Position numbers and translations under genes: made by a program. This document shows positions 20,378 to 29,963 of a stretch of DNA of 64,000 nt, piece by piece (position 1 is the stretch's first letter; each line of letters opens with the position of its first letter). Under the pieces are notes generated by a model, which saw only the letters and a list, made by a program, of their open reading frames with translations, made no database searches and was not told the DNA's origin. The DNA comes from Candidatus Omnitrophota bacterium (GTDB taxonomy: Bacteria > Omnitrophota > Gorgyraeia > Duberdicusellales > 4484-171), in contig JBAZGN010000004.1 of assembly GCA_041652815.1 (NCBI GenBank), positions 79,890 through 143,889 on the forward strand, written 5' to 3'.

Positions 20378-21109
20378 ATGGTTAGCAAACTAAAACTTTT
20401 TATATTTTTGTTACTGTTTTTTTCTGTTGCCGGAACAATTTATCCTGAAAATGAAGAGATAAAACTTCCCGATGTATGCGTGAGCGGAATTTTATACGAT
20501 ACTGATAGTTCTTTGGCAGTTGTTAACGGAGAATCTTTAAGGCAGGGAGAACAGATTAATGGAATGACAATAGTAAAAATTTCGGATTCGACGGTTTCTT
20601 TCGAATACAAAGGGAAAACATTTGAAAAAACAATAGGAGAAGGCTGCCTTACTCCCCAGCTTATTTATAAAAAAACTGCAGAAATAACGAAATTTATTAA
20701 CCGTCCGAAGTCTCAGCAGGCATCTCGAAAAAAATCCGGCAATAACCGCAGGGTGTCTAGCCTTGGTTATGAAAGTATTTTTGTGCTTACTCTCCTGGCT
20801 GTATCGATTGTGCTTTATATCTATAATTCGTTATGCCTGTCTAAAATAGCCAATAAAACAAATACGCCTTTTGGCTGGTTTGCTTGGCTTCCCATATTAA
20901 ACATATTTCTTATGCTGATGATAGCGAGGAAATCATTCTGGTGGCTTATTCTTTTGTTAATTCCGTTAGTGAATTTTATATGTATAATTATCATTTGGAT
21001 GGAAATTGCGAAAATGCGCAATAAACCGGCATGGCTGGGCCTTTTGATGATGTTACCATTACCATTTGCAAATTTTATAATTATTGGATATCTTGCTTTT
21101 TCCAGGTAA
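20378..21109 (+). CDS. Secreted/membrane protein with C-terminal 2-TM W..W.P..N domain (GspB/PilP-like N-terminal region)
   Basis: 243 aa; signal peptide; C-terminal ~85 aa homologous to the C-terminus of ORF 54862..56706. Confidence 0.5.
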   Translation: MVSKLKLFIFLLLFFSVAGTIYPENEEIKLPDVCVSGILYDTDSSLAVVNGESLRQGEQINGMTIVKISDSTVSFEYKGKTFEKTIGEGCLTPQLIYKKTAEITKFINRPKSQQASRKKSGNNRRVSSLGYESIFVLTLLAVSIVLYIYNSLCLSKIANKTNTPFGWFAWLPILNIFLMLMIARKSFWWLILLLIPLVNFICIIIIWMEIAKMRNKPAWLGLLMMLPLPFANFIIIGYLAFSR

Positions 21110-21149
21110 AATATAATTTTATGAGGATAAAGCCTCAAGGAGGATTAGC

Positions 21150-21494
21150 ATGTACAATGGAGTAGAAAGGCGGCGTTACCCCAGGGCAAATGCAGGTTTC
21201 CTTGTCAGCTATAAAGATATGTATTCAGATTCTAATTTCAATATTTCACAAACGGTGAATGTAAGCCAGGGAGGCATGCTTATCACAACGAGCGAAGTTT
21301 TTCCAATAGGGGCAACGCTTAAGATGCTTACTTTTCTTCCGTTTTTTTCTGAACGCGTAAATTTGTCCGGAAAAGTAGTAAGGCAAAAGGAGGTTGCGAA
21401 AGGCTTTATATACGAAACAGGGGTGGAATTTACAAATTTGGAGCAAATTATTTTCGAGAAACTCGGCGAATTCATCCAAAGAAAACCGCGTTAA
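21150..21494 (+). CDS. PilZ domain protein
   Basis: RRRYPRAN (RxxxR) and NVSQGGML (D/NxSxGG) c-di-GMP-binding motifs. Confidence 0.7.
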   Translation: MYNGVERRRYPRANAGFLVSYKDMYSDSNFNISQTVNVSQGGMLITTSEVFPIGATLKMLTFLPFFSERVNLSGKVVRQKEVAKGFIYETGVEFTNLEQIIFEKLGEFIQRKPR

Positions 21495-21592
21495 CGTTAA
21501 GCGTAATATTGATATTGATATCAAGAGTATGGTATCAAATTTGTGATAGTAGGGTTTTTGTATGTATGGTTGGTCATTAAAAGGAGGTAGTT

Positions 21593-22057
21593 ATGAAGTC
21601 CGGTAAAATATTTACACTATTGATAGGTGTTTTATTCATTGCTATAGCCGCTGCTACAGCTCTTAATTTTAAGCTATACAAGGATTGTGACGACAAAATA
21701 GAGCTTTCGAAAAAACAATATAAATCTTTGGATAATAAACTGAATGAATTTGAGATGAATATATCAAGCTTTAAACTGAATATTGAAGAATTTAAAATTG
21801 ATTACGAGAAATACAAAAATGATCTTTCCGGAAAGTTTGGCCAATCGGAACAGATTAAATCCGAAATTAATGGCAAAATAGAAAGCCTGAAAAAAGAAAT
21901 GAAAAGCATTCAGGAAAGTTATAAAGCAATGCAGAGCGATATTAAAGATAAATTAGACAGCATAAAAAAGGAATTCGAAACAAGCATTAAAGAAGGGGCA
22001 GAAAAAGTTGACCTTGGGGAGATTTCCGTAAAAAATGAAGAGCCAGCCAAAGAATAA
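21593..22057 (+). CDS. Membrane-anchored coiled-coil protein
   Basis: 154 aa; N-terminal TM; heptad-rich K/E sequence. Confidence 0.5.
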   Translation: MKSGKIFTLLIGVLFIAIAAATALNFKLYKDCDDKIELSKKQYKSLDNKLNEFEMNISSFKLNIEEFKIDYEKYKNDLSGKFGQSEQIKSEINGKIESLKKEMKSIQESYKAMQSDIKDKLDSIKKEFETSIKEGAEKVDLGEISVKNEEPAKE

Positions 22058-22066
22058 AATATAACA

Positions 22067-22960
22067 ATGGAGAAGACACTTATCCGGTTGTCCGGTATCT
22101 ATGTTTTATGCGTAGGTGTCATTGTGTCTATCACAATGGCACTTGGGCTGTTGGCTCGCGGCAATTTAACCAAGAATCCGCCTTTTTTAGGCGCAATCAT
22201 TCTTTATTTGCTATTTTTGGTTTTATGGCCGATAGCAACCGGACTAGGGATAACATTTAAAAAAAACTGGGCAAGGTATTCTATCATCGTTATGTCGGTA
22301 TTTGCAATATTCATAGGGATATCATCTGCCGTTTCGCTCATATTTATCCCTCAATCTGTTTATGATGCGCAAACAAAACCTGCGAATTATATTCCAGAAT
22401 TTTTTATTTCTGTTACAAATTTTATTTTCTTTATATGCATCCCGATGTATTTTATGATTTTTTTTAATAAGGGTGCAGTAAAAACAATATTCGGTGCAAA
22501 AAAACTTCAAATTACGAATAAAAAGAGGCCGCTTGGTATAACCCTTATATCGATATTGACATTTTTTACCGCTTTGTTTAGCGCTATTTTTATTTTTGTA
22601 CCGACGTATCCTAAGTCTCCTTTAATCGGAGGACTGTTTCTTTCCGGAACCGGCGAAAAGATTTATTTTTTATTGGTAAGCGTAATCAATTTGTATATTT
22701 CTATAGGTTTCTTACGGATGCGAAAAAATGCATGGACAGCTTACATTGTTTTTTATATCGTAAGTATCATTATTGGGATAGTTAACAGTTTTACTGCCTC
22801 AAAGATGACTTTTTTCGAGATAGTCCCGAGTATCCAAGGCAGTTACCATGAGATGCCGAATATTCTTTATAAATTTTCCGGAGTTATAGGGCTTATTTTG
22901 CCAACATTTCTTTTAATGTACGTTGTTTCCAAAAAGCGTTTATTCACGGCTAACAAATAA
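22067..22960 (+). CDS. Polytopic membrane protein
   Basis: 297 aa; about 8 predicted TM helices. Confidence 0.5.
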   Translation: MEKTLIRLSGIYVLCVGVIVSITMALGLLARGNLTKNPPFLGAIILYLLFLVLWPIATGLGITFKKNWARYSIIVMSVFAIFIGISSAVSLIFIPQSVYDAQTKPANYIPEFFISVTNFIFFICIPMYFMIFFNKGAVKTIFGAKKLQITNKKRPLGITLISILTFFTALFSAIFIFVPTYPKSPLIGGLFLSGTGEKIYFLLVSVINLYISIGFLRMRKNAWTAYIVFYIVSIIIGIVNSFTASKMTFFEIVPSIQGSYHEMPNILYKFSGVIGLILPTFLLMYVVSKKRLFTANK

Positions 22961-23109
22961 TTTTATCCGCCTTCGCCCTTTATTAGGATAGAAATAGCTA
23001 TGACGGGCTTCCTCCTACGCTAAAGCTTCGGAGGACAAGTCGGCGGATGTCACTAAATAAACAGGCCCCACGGTAGGCATGCTTAAGTGTTACAGGTTAG
23101 TATATTAAG

Positions 23110-23895
23110 GTGTTTCATATGGATAGAGAACCGAAAATTTTGGAAGCAGAAGCATATTCATTCCTTTATCAGGAAAAATTTGATGAAGCTTTTGGCCTGT
23201 TTAGAAAAGCAGGAGATATCTATAAAACCAAAGGCAATCATAAACAAGCGGCTATATGCCTTGCTGCAGCAGGAAGTAGCTGGAGTATAAAATGTGGCGA
23301 AAAAACCTTTTATAATTCGGCTATGTGTTACGAGGAAGCTTCCAAAGAAGCAGAGAGGGCCGGGGATTATGAATATGCGTCGTTGTTGTATAAATACGCT
23401 GCCGCTAACTATGAAAGGGATATGGAGTTTCTTCAATTTGCCGATTGTTTTTATAATTCCAAAGAATGCCGCAGGAAATTTCTAAACTATTTGCTTTTAA
23501 ATCGAAAGAAATTACACCCAATAGCAAAAAGCGAAGAAGAAAGGGGTGTTATGCCGTTTGCAAGGCGTGTTTGTTCCTGGCTGGCTTTGACCTTTTCCTA
23601 TATTATCTGGGGCCATGGCGAACGGCCTTCAAGGACAGTTTTGTCAGGATTAGCCATAATTTTTGCCTCGGCATTACTGTATACTCTTGGTTATCTTGCC
23701 AGAGATGGTGTCACTTTTAAGCCAGACTTTTTTGAAGCTTTGTATTTTAGCGTGGTAACTTTTTCTACGGTTGGCTACGGAGACATAATCGCTGTGGGTG
23801 CTACTAAGGCAGTTGTCATGTTTGAGGCGATGTGTGGGATGTTTGTTATGTCGATATTTATCGTTGGCCTTTCGCGTAAGTACCTAAGAATATAG
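23110..23895 (+). CDS. Potassium channel (ion_trans_2) with N-terminal TPR-like cytoplasmic domain
   Basis: C-terminal 2-TM pore with TVGYGD selectivity filter; GTG at 23110, ATG at 23119. Confidence 0.75.
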   Translation: MFHMDREPKILEAEAYSFLYQEKFDEAFGLFRKAGDIYKTKGNHKQAAICLAAAGSSWSIKCGEKTFYNSAMCYEEASKEAERAGDYEYASLLYKYAAANYERDMEFLQFADCFYNSKECRRKFLNYLLLNRKKLHPIAKSEEERGVMPFARRVCSWLALTFSYIIWGHGERPSRTVLSGLAIIFASALLYTLGYLARDGVTFKPDFFEALYFSVVTFSTVGYGDIIAVGATKAVVMFEAMCGMFVMSIFIVGLSRKYLRI

Positions 23896-24300
23896 TTGAT
23901 TGGGTATATTTATTAAGAATTAGACATTGTATTTTTAGGTTGACATATTCATTAGTAGAGATATAATTTCTTCCGCTTTTTGGTTGTTACCGTTTTAAAG
24001 GTTCCGTGGCAAAGGCATGGAGGCAGATCATGACAGAAAAAGTATTCAAGATAATTTGTAGCTCCGGCGAGCATCTTACCGCAGAAACAATTGCTATGGC
24101 TTTGCTTAAACAGGTTAGCCTGGAGTCAAAGAAATCCAAGGTATTTTTTGCGGTGAAGGAAGTAAGGAAAGAAAACCAAAACCGGAAGAATTCAAAGCAA
24201 ATCTGCTTTATAGAATAACACATTTTTCGTAAACGACTTACCTTGTCAGGATCGTAACATTTCTGTTGAAAAAAAACAAAAACATAGTATCATAGGTTCA

Positions 24301-24477
24301 ATGAGACAGAGCAGTTTACTTTCGTTGTTTTTTCTATTTTTGTTTTGTATGATTTTGAGCGGTTGTGAATTGCTTACTTTACCGCTTCAGTTGGTGGGTT
24401 CTGCTATTGGGCTTGCAGGCGATGCAATGAGTTTAGCGGGAAGCTTACCAATGCCACCTCCGTGGGTATTTTTTTAA
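24301..24477 (+). CDS. Small lipoprotein (58 aa)
   Basis: MRQSSLLSLFFLFLFCMILSGC lipobox; below the ORF-track size cutoff. Confidence 0.35.
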   Translation: MRQSSLLSLFFLFLFCMILSGCELLTLPLQLVGSAIGLAGDAMSLAGSLPMPPPWVFF

Positions 24478-24487
24478 CTTAATTATT

Positions 24488-24868
24488 ATGGCAGAAGCAG
24501 CTAGAAAAAAAATACTTATAGTCGACGACGAAGAAGCTACTTTAAGTTATCTTTGCCGTATTTTGGAACGCGAAAATTACAAGGTTTTTTCAACTACTAA
24601 AGGAAAAGAGGTTTTTGACCTTGCTGCAAATAATAGGCCAGATGTTATAGTCCTGGATATAATCCTTCCAGATATAGACGGAGGAGAAGTTGCCTCTCTT
24701 CTTTCAAAAAATGCCGCTACTTCAAATATTCCTATTATATTTCTGACAGGAATCCTTACAAAGAGCGAAGAAAGCTTTGCGGGAAAAACTGGCAAACGTT
24801 ACGTATTGGCAAAGCCAATTGCAAAAGAAAAACTGTTGGAAATGATACAAAAAGTTCTCTCCGAATAA
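24488..24868 (+). CDS. Response regulator receiver domain protein (CheY-like, stand-alone)
   Basis: 126 aa; KKILIVDDEE ... VLDIILPDIDG ... K; conserved Asp/Lys positions. Confidence 0.8.
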   Translation: MAEAARKKILIVDDEEATLSYLCRILERENYKVFSTTKGKEVFDLAANNRPDVIVLDIILPDIDGGEVASLLSKNAATSNIPIIFLTGILTKSEESFAGKTGKRYVLAKPIAKEKLLEMIQKVLSE

Positions 24869-24937
24869 TTAGACGTTACGAAGATTTTCTGTTCTTTTAA
24901 TAATTAATTTCAGTAATTTTTTAGCTATAAGCTGTTT

Positions 24938-25011
24938 GCGCCCGTAGATCAATTGGATAGATCGTCTGGCTACGGACCAGAAGGTTGCAGGTTCAACTCC
25001 TGCCGGGCGCG
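24938..25011 (+). tRNA. tRNA-Arg(ACG)
   Basis: gcgcccg acceptor, anticodon stem tctgg/ccaga, loop ctACGga, T-arm gcaggttcaactcctgc. Confidence 0.85.
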
Positions 25012-25140
25012 TTTACTATGAAAGGTTACGAAAGTTACGTAGGTTACGCAGGTTACGAAGGTTACACTAAACCCCGATGTTTTATTGTAACCTTCGTAAC
25101 TTCCGTAACATTCGTAACCTTCGTAACAATATACTGAGGA
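25012..25140. repeat. Word-palindrome (4x GGTTACG / 5x CGTAACC variants)
   Basis: gaaaggttacgaaagttacgtaggttacgcaggttacgaaggttac ... gtaaccttcgtaacttccgtaacattcgtaaccttcgtaac. Confidence 0.7.
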
Positions 25141-25147
25141 GGATACC

Positions 25148-25621
25148 ATGTCTAAAGTCGTCATTATCTACTATACCCGCACCGGAACCACAAAGAAAAT
25201 GGCTGAGATTATTCATAAAGAGATAAAAAATAATGATATCGAGGCGGATATCTTTCCGGTAGAATCCGTAAAGCCAAAGCAGCTTCTAGGCTACGACGGA
25301 ATAATTATAGGCTCCCCTACGTATTATGGTACTTTAGCAGCCCCGATAAAACAGTTTCTTGACGATAGCGTTGCTTTTCATGGAAAATTTGATGGCAAGA
25401 TTGGAATGGCTTTTTCTTCTTCTGCGAATATTGCCGGTGGAAACGAAACTACCATTTTATCAATTCTGCAGGCGCTACTGATACATGGAATGATTATCCA
25501 GGGAGATTTTAAGGGCGACCATTATGGGCCGGTCGCTATAGGAAAAATAGATAAAAGATGCGAAGATAATTGCCGGAGAATGGCATTTAGATTTATAGAG
25601 CTCGCCAGAAAATTAGCGTAG
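25148..25621 (+). CDS. Flavodoxin-like fold protein (flavodoxin/WrbA-type FMN protein)
   Basis: 157 aa; VIIYYTRTGTTKKMA ... GSPTYYG FMN-binding motifs. Confidence 0.7.
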   Translation: MSKVVIIYYTRTGTTKKMAEIIHKEIKNNDIEADIFPVESVKPKQLLGYDGIIIGSPTYYGTLAAPIKQFLDDSVAFHGKFDGKIGMAFSSSANIAGGNETTILSILQALLIHGMIIQGDFKGDHYGPVAIGKIDKRCEDNCRRMAFRFIELARKLA

Positions 25622-25645
25622 CTGCTTATTCTAATTGGAGGTAAC

Positions 25646-25972
25646 ATGGTTATAGCCGTATTAGTTGCTATTCCGGAAAAAGATGCAGAATCGCTTGCGA
25701 AGATGCTTTTGGGAGAGCGTGTATGCGCTTGTGTAAACATAGTCAATGGAGTCAAATCGTTATTTTGGTGGAAGGGTAAGCTTGACGAAGCCAACGAGTC
25801 ATTGCTTATTATCAAGACAAAAGAAGCATTATTTGCTAAACTAAAAATGCTTATTAAAAATAATCATCCCTACGAAGTTCCTGAAATAATAAGTTTTAAA
25901 ATAGACAATATAAACCAGGAATATCTTGACTGGTTGAACAAAGAGGCGAATGCTTTACCATTTTCTTCATAA
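25646..25972 (+). CDS. cutA: Divalent-cation tolerance protein CutA
   Basis: 108 aa; CutA1 fold motifs (C.C ... HPYEVPEI). Confidence 0.8.
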   Translation: MVIAVLVAIPEKDAESLAKMLLGERVCACVNIVNGVKSLFWWKGKLDEANESLLIIKTKEALFAKLKMLIKNNHPYEVPEIISFKIDNINQEYLDWLNKEANALPFSS

Positions 25973-26657
25973 TTTAGAGGAAATTTTTAATTCGTCGCCG
26001 ACATTAGGGTTGGGAGCAAGTTTCTTGGCTGGTATTCTGGTGAGCTTTTCTCCCTGTATTTTTCCGCTTGTGCCTATAACTTTGGGCGTTGTCGGAGCCA
26101 CATCTGTTTCTTCCCGTACTAAAGGCTTTTTTGTAAGCGCAGTTTTCGTTTTGGGCATAGCAACTATCTACACAGTTTTAGGCGTTATAGCTGCTTTATT
26201 CCATGTTATTTTTGAAAAATTTTTCATAAATCCCATTACGTATATTTTCCTAGGCCTGTTTTTTATCATAATGGGCTTGTCTTTACTGGGATTAATTAAG
26301 ATAAACTTTTTTTCTTTCTCCCATAATTATAAACATAAGCCAACGTACCCTTCAATTTTTGTACTTGGTTTAATAAGCGGGCTAAGCATAATTCCCTGTA
26401 ATTTTCCGGTTTTGGGCTCAATACTTACGCTTATTTCACTTAAAAAAGATATAGTTTACGGAGCAATTGCGCTTTTAATTTTTTCGCTTGGCTACGGTAC
26501 AGTTTTGATAATTCTTGGGACATTTACTTCGTTGATTGCCAAATTGCCAAAGCGAAGTAAAATGGTTATAATTATAAATAAATCTTTGGGGGTTGTTATG
26601 CTGCTCATGGGTATTTATTTCTTTTTAAAATTTGTTTCAATGAATGGCTGGCTTTAA
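25950..26657 (+). CDS. ccdA: Cytochrome c-type biogenesis protein CcdA / DsbD transmembrane domain
   Basis: 235 aa; 6 TM; SFSPCIFPLVP and second Cys in IIPCNFPVL. Confidence 0.8.
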   Translation: MLYHFLHNLEEIFNSSPTLGLGASFLAGILVSFSPCIFPLVPITLGVVGATSVSSRTKGFFVSAVFVLGIATIYTVLGVIAALFHVIFEKFFINPITYIFLGLFFIIMGLSLLGLIKINFFSFSHNYKHKPTYPSIFVLGLISGLSIIPCNFPVLGSILTLISLKKDIVYGAIALLIFSLGYGTVLIILGTFTSLIAKLPKRSKMVIIINKSLGVVMLLMGIYFFLKFVSMNGWL

Positions 26658-26669
26658 AAAAAGGCCAAT

Positions 26670-27119
26670 ATGAAAAAAATAATAGCACTGTTTATCTTTT
26701 TTTCTTCAATGACAGGCGCGGTTGCTTTAGATGAGGCATTTGGCACACTTAGTGGAGCCCGTATATCTTATGAACAGAATATCGCGCAAGGCGACACAAT
26801 GCTTTTTATTTGGACAAGCCGGTGCCCTTATTGTATAAGTGAGCTTAGGGAAATGAACAAAAATGAAGATCTTTGTAAATATTTTAAATGTTTTTTCGTA
26901 AACGTTGGCGAAGGAGAATCAAGCGTTAAAGAGGTGGTTAATTCGCTAAAGCTTAAAAGCCACATTTCACAAAATATCATTATGGATAAGTCTGCCAGCC
27001 TTGCGGGTAAGTTTTCTATCGTAGGCGTGCCGACTTTTATCTTCATGCGTGACGGAAAAGTTTTAAATCGTTCCTATCATTTTGACGAGACTGCTGTAAA
27101 ACAAATTTTTAAAAAATGA
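26670..27119 (+). CDS. TlpA/ResA-like periplasmic thioredoxin
   Basis: Signal peptide; W.SRCPYC CxxC motif; follows ccdA. Confidence 0.75.
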   Translation: MKKIIALFIFFSSMTGAVALDEAFGTLSGARISYEQNIAQGDTMLFIWTSRCPYCISELREMNKNEDLCKYFKCFFVNVGEGESSVKEVVNSLKLKSHISQNIIMDKSASLAGKFSIVGVPTFIFMRDGKVLNRSYHFDETAVKQIFKK

Positions 27120-27324
27120 AAGAACAGGGAACCAAGCACAGAGGACACATAATAAAAAAAGAAAACCTTTTGTGTTTTCTGTGATTAAGTTTTGACAGAA
27201 CGACGGTATTTTACCCCTTGCGTCTGTATATCGGTTAAATTTCACGGCCTGCGGCCAGGAAATTTAACCGAGACGCTTCGGGGTTAATTTTCCCGACGAA
27301 CGTCGGGAAAATTAAGGAGGCTAA

Positions 27325-28110
27325 ATGTCTAAATGCTATTTGGTTTCGTTTTTTATTAGTTTAATCATATTTCCAGGTAAGGTTTTTTCTCAAGGAACGC
27401 AAAATTATGATAAACGCGATCCCGTTATCGTTGAATACAGCGATAGAATAAAAATAAGCCCTAACCTTGAGCAAGCATATTATAAGCGTGCAAACGAGGA
27501 GTTAGATGCAGGAGATTACGAGCTGGCTATCTACGATTATACACGGGCACTGGAAATAAATCCTAACGATGCAGAGATTTACAACAATCGGGGTATAGCT
27601 TACAGCAAAAAAACACAATACGATGAAGCAATTGCCGACTACGTAAAGGCTCTGGAAGTAAATCCGCAGTCCGCAGAAAGCTATTATAATAGAGGCATTG
27701 CTTACAGCAAAAAAGGAAATTATTCGAAAGCAGTTGAGGATTATACAAGAGCCATAAAAATCATGCCTGATAACGCCGAAATTTATTACGCCAGGGCAAG
27801 GGCTAATGATGCAATCGGTAAGCGCCGGCAGGCAGTTAGCGATTATAATTCAACCAACAATTTAGATTCCCGGTTGGCGCAAGCTTATTACCATAGAGCG
27901 CTTGCCTATAGTGAGAAAAGAGACTATGAGAAAGCAATAGAAGATTATTCAAAGGCAATCGAGGCTAATCCTAAGTATGCAGATGCATATATACGAAGAG
28001 GCCTTGCGTATGGGCAAAAACAAAAATACCGTAAGTGCTGGGAGGATGTAAAAAGAGCTTTTGAATTGGGAGTTGTAACCGAGGAAGAGAATTTAAACAT
28101 TAATCAATGA
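27325..28110 (+). CDS. Secreted TPR-repeat protein
   Basis: 261 aa; repeated AxxYxxRAxAYxxxGxYxxAIxDYxxAIE units. Confidence 0.7.
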   Translation: MSKCYLVSFFISLIIFPGKVFSQGTQNYDKRDPVIVEYSDRIKISPNLEQAYYKRANEELDAGDYELAIYDYTRALEINPNDAEIYNNRGIAYSKKTQYDEAIADYVKALEVNPQSAESYYNRGIAYSKKGNYSKAVEDYTRAIKIMPDNAEIYYARARANDAIGKRRQAVSDYNSTNNLDSRLAQAYYHRALAYSEKRDYEKAIEDYSKAIEANPKYADAYIRRGLAYGQKQKYRKCWEDVKRAFELGVVTEEENLNINQ

Positions 28111-28583
28111 AGAAAAAAGATTTTGATATTTTACCGGTAGCTGAACGTAGGCGTTTTATACGGCACCCCTTAAGTATCCCTATTAGCTATAAAATTCTCA
28201 AAAAGACGCGAGACATTAACGAAAAGGGTGTACCGGCAGTGACAGCTAATGTAAGCATGGGGGGGTTATTGTTTTCGACGAAACGCCCGGTTAAGGTGGG
28301 CGCTTTGATTGAAATAAAATTACCATTTAAAGATAAGATATTTAATGTTAAATCAAAAGTTGTGCATTGTGCTAAAAGCTCCGAAGCAAAAGTTTATAAT
28401 GTCGGTAGTAGTTTTTATCGCTTTAGTGATGCTTTTAAAACCAAGTTGATTGAGCAAATTTATCTAATTGCTGAATACCGCGATTTACGCAGTATTCAGT
28501 TGGGCAGAGAAATTTCTCTTGAAGAGGCATCTCGTGAATGGATAGAGCGCTATGCTGAACGTTTTAAGAGGCTCTACTGGTAA
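28107..28583 (+). CDS. PilZ domain protein
   Basis: RRRFIRHP and NVSMGGLLF motifs. Confidence 0.65.
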   Translation: MKKKDFDILPVAERRRFIRHPLSIPISYKILKKTRDINEKGVPAVTANVSMGGLLFSTKRPVKVGALIEIKLPFKDKIFNVKSKVVHCAKSSEAKVYNVGSSFYRFSDAFKTKLIEQIYLIAEYRDLRSIQLGREISLEEASREWIERYAERFKRLYW

Positions 28584-28715
28584 ACCCCGTTAGAGAATTT
28601 CGTTCTCTAACGGTATTGCTCGACGGTGGCTTTAAACCACCGTCTTCGCCTAGATAATTACCACCGATTTTATCGGTGGCTTTCTCTAACGGGGTAAAAG
28701 TTTGAGTTATTATGT

Positions 28716-28991
28716 ATGCATAAAAAACTGGCAATTGCTATTTTATTAAGCATATTTTTCTTTGTTACCTGCCAATTGTTTGCTCAGGATATCCCTCAAG
28801 AAATACAGAATCTCGGGTTTACGCAAAACCTGCTTATAAGTTATGATAGAGAAGGCAGTGAGGAGTTTTTTACCTTTTCAGAATTAACCGCTATCCAGGT
28901 GGGAGAAACTATAACATTTATAGTTGAGAATGGGAAGGTAAAACAAAGGATTAAGGGGCAAATCGCAAAGTTTTTGGAAAAGAGCTCATAG
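28716..28991 (+). CDS. Small secreted protein
   Basis: 91 aa; signal peptide. Confidence 0.4.
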   Translation: MHKKLAIAILLSIFFFVTCQLFAQDIPQEIQNLGFTQNLLISYDREGSEEFFTFSELTAIQVGETITFIVENGKVKQRIKGQIAKFLEKSS

Positions 28992-29223
28992 CGATACGAT
29001 ATATAAAATTTCTGATGAATCTACGAAAATAAGCCTGGAGAATTTCCTTCCTGTGCGTTGATTAACCTTTTTTATAGTAGATTTTTTTATCCTTGAATGA
29101 TATAATTTTGAAACACAGATGATTGCAGATGGCAGACACAGATGATCACAGATGTTTGAAAGGTAGAAAATAGAAGGATAAACAATAAATTTCTATTAAT
29201 TTCCTAATTTCTGCCAATTTCTA

Positions 29224-29275
29224 TTGTCCGCCACCGATGACTTTTTATATGTGGGCGGATCCGCCTCTGGCGGAA
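29224..29275. repeat. ~50-nt MITE-like hairpin element (CCGCCAC..GTGGGCGGATCCGCCTCTGGCGGAA)
   Basis: Near-identical copy at 34903-34953 and a diverged copy at 35107-35150; internal palindrome ggcggatccgcc. Confidence 0.65.
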
Positions 29276-29389
29276 AATTGATAGAAATTTGCTTCGCGAA
29301 ATTTATAGAAGTTAGTTGTTTGCTAAAAACTCTTTATTCTTAATATCTGCGATCATCCGCTTCAAAATCTGTGCTAATCTGTGTATATC

Positions 29390-29462
29390 GGGCCATTAGC
29401 TCAGTTGGTAGAGCAGGACACTCTTAATGTCAAGGTCGTAGGTTCAAGTCCTACATGGCCCA
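29390..29462 (+). tRNA. tRNA-Lys(CUU)
   Basis: gggccat acceptor, D-arm tagctcagttggtagagc, loop ctCTTaa, T-arm gtaggttcaagtcctac. Confidence 0.8.
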
Positions 29463-29519
29463 TGTCTTCTTACGCAGATGATCACAGATGAAAGATACAG
29501 ATAATCACAGATATTCTTT

Positions 29520-29954
29520 GTGTTCTATATGAAAAAGTATGAGATTCTCGAACACACCGCAGATATACGAGCCAGAATTTTCTCGAAAACGCAGGAAGAT
29601 TTGTTTGTTAATTCAGCTATTTGTCTTTTTGAACTTTTAACCGATAAAAAGCTTAAAGCCGACAAGATAAAAAGTGTTGAGCTGGAAGCATCTAAATTAG
29701 AGGATTTGCTTATTCTTTGGCTCAATGAATTGATTTCCATTTTTTATGCCGATAAATTTTTTCCGGTTGAATATAAAATATCCATCAAAGAATTTTCCGG
29801 CACGAAAAAGCTTTTTGCTGAGATAAAAGGGCAAGATTTTAATCCCTACGACAGTAAAAGCATAAAGTCAGAAATTAAAGCTGCTACCTACCACAACCTA
29901 AAAATAGAAGAAGATAGAAACGGTTTCATAGCGGAAATTATATTTGACGTGTAA
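29520..29954 (+). CDS. Archease
   Basis: YEILEHTADIRARIFSKT is the archease N-terminal signature; about 140 aa. Confidence 0.8.
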   Translation: MFYMKKYEILEHTADIRARIFSKTQEDLFVNSAICLFELLTDKKLKADKIKSVELEASKLEDLLILWLNELISIFYADKFFPVEYKISIKEFSGTKKLFAEIKGQDFNPYDSKSIKSEIKAATYHNLKIEEDRNGFIAEIIFDV

Positions 29955-29963
29955 GCGAAGGGG

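Noticed and set aside
23087-23720. ORFs 23087..23290, 23294..23485, 23466..23720 and 23158..23436(-)
   Set aside because: They are alternative frames overlapping the K+ channel gene 23110..23895, which has the TVGYGD filter and is the coherent reading
24006-24218. ORF 24006..24218 (+) 70 aa and 23987..24223 (-) 78 aa
   Set aside because: They are mutually overlapping on opposite strands in an intergenic region, with no RBS or recognisable domain, and are left uncalled
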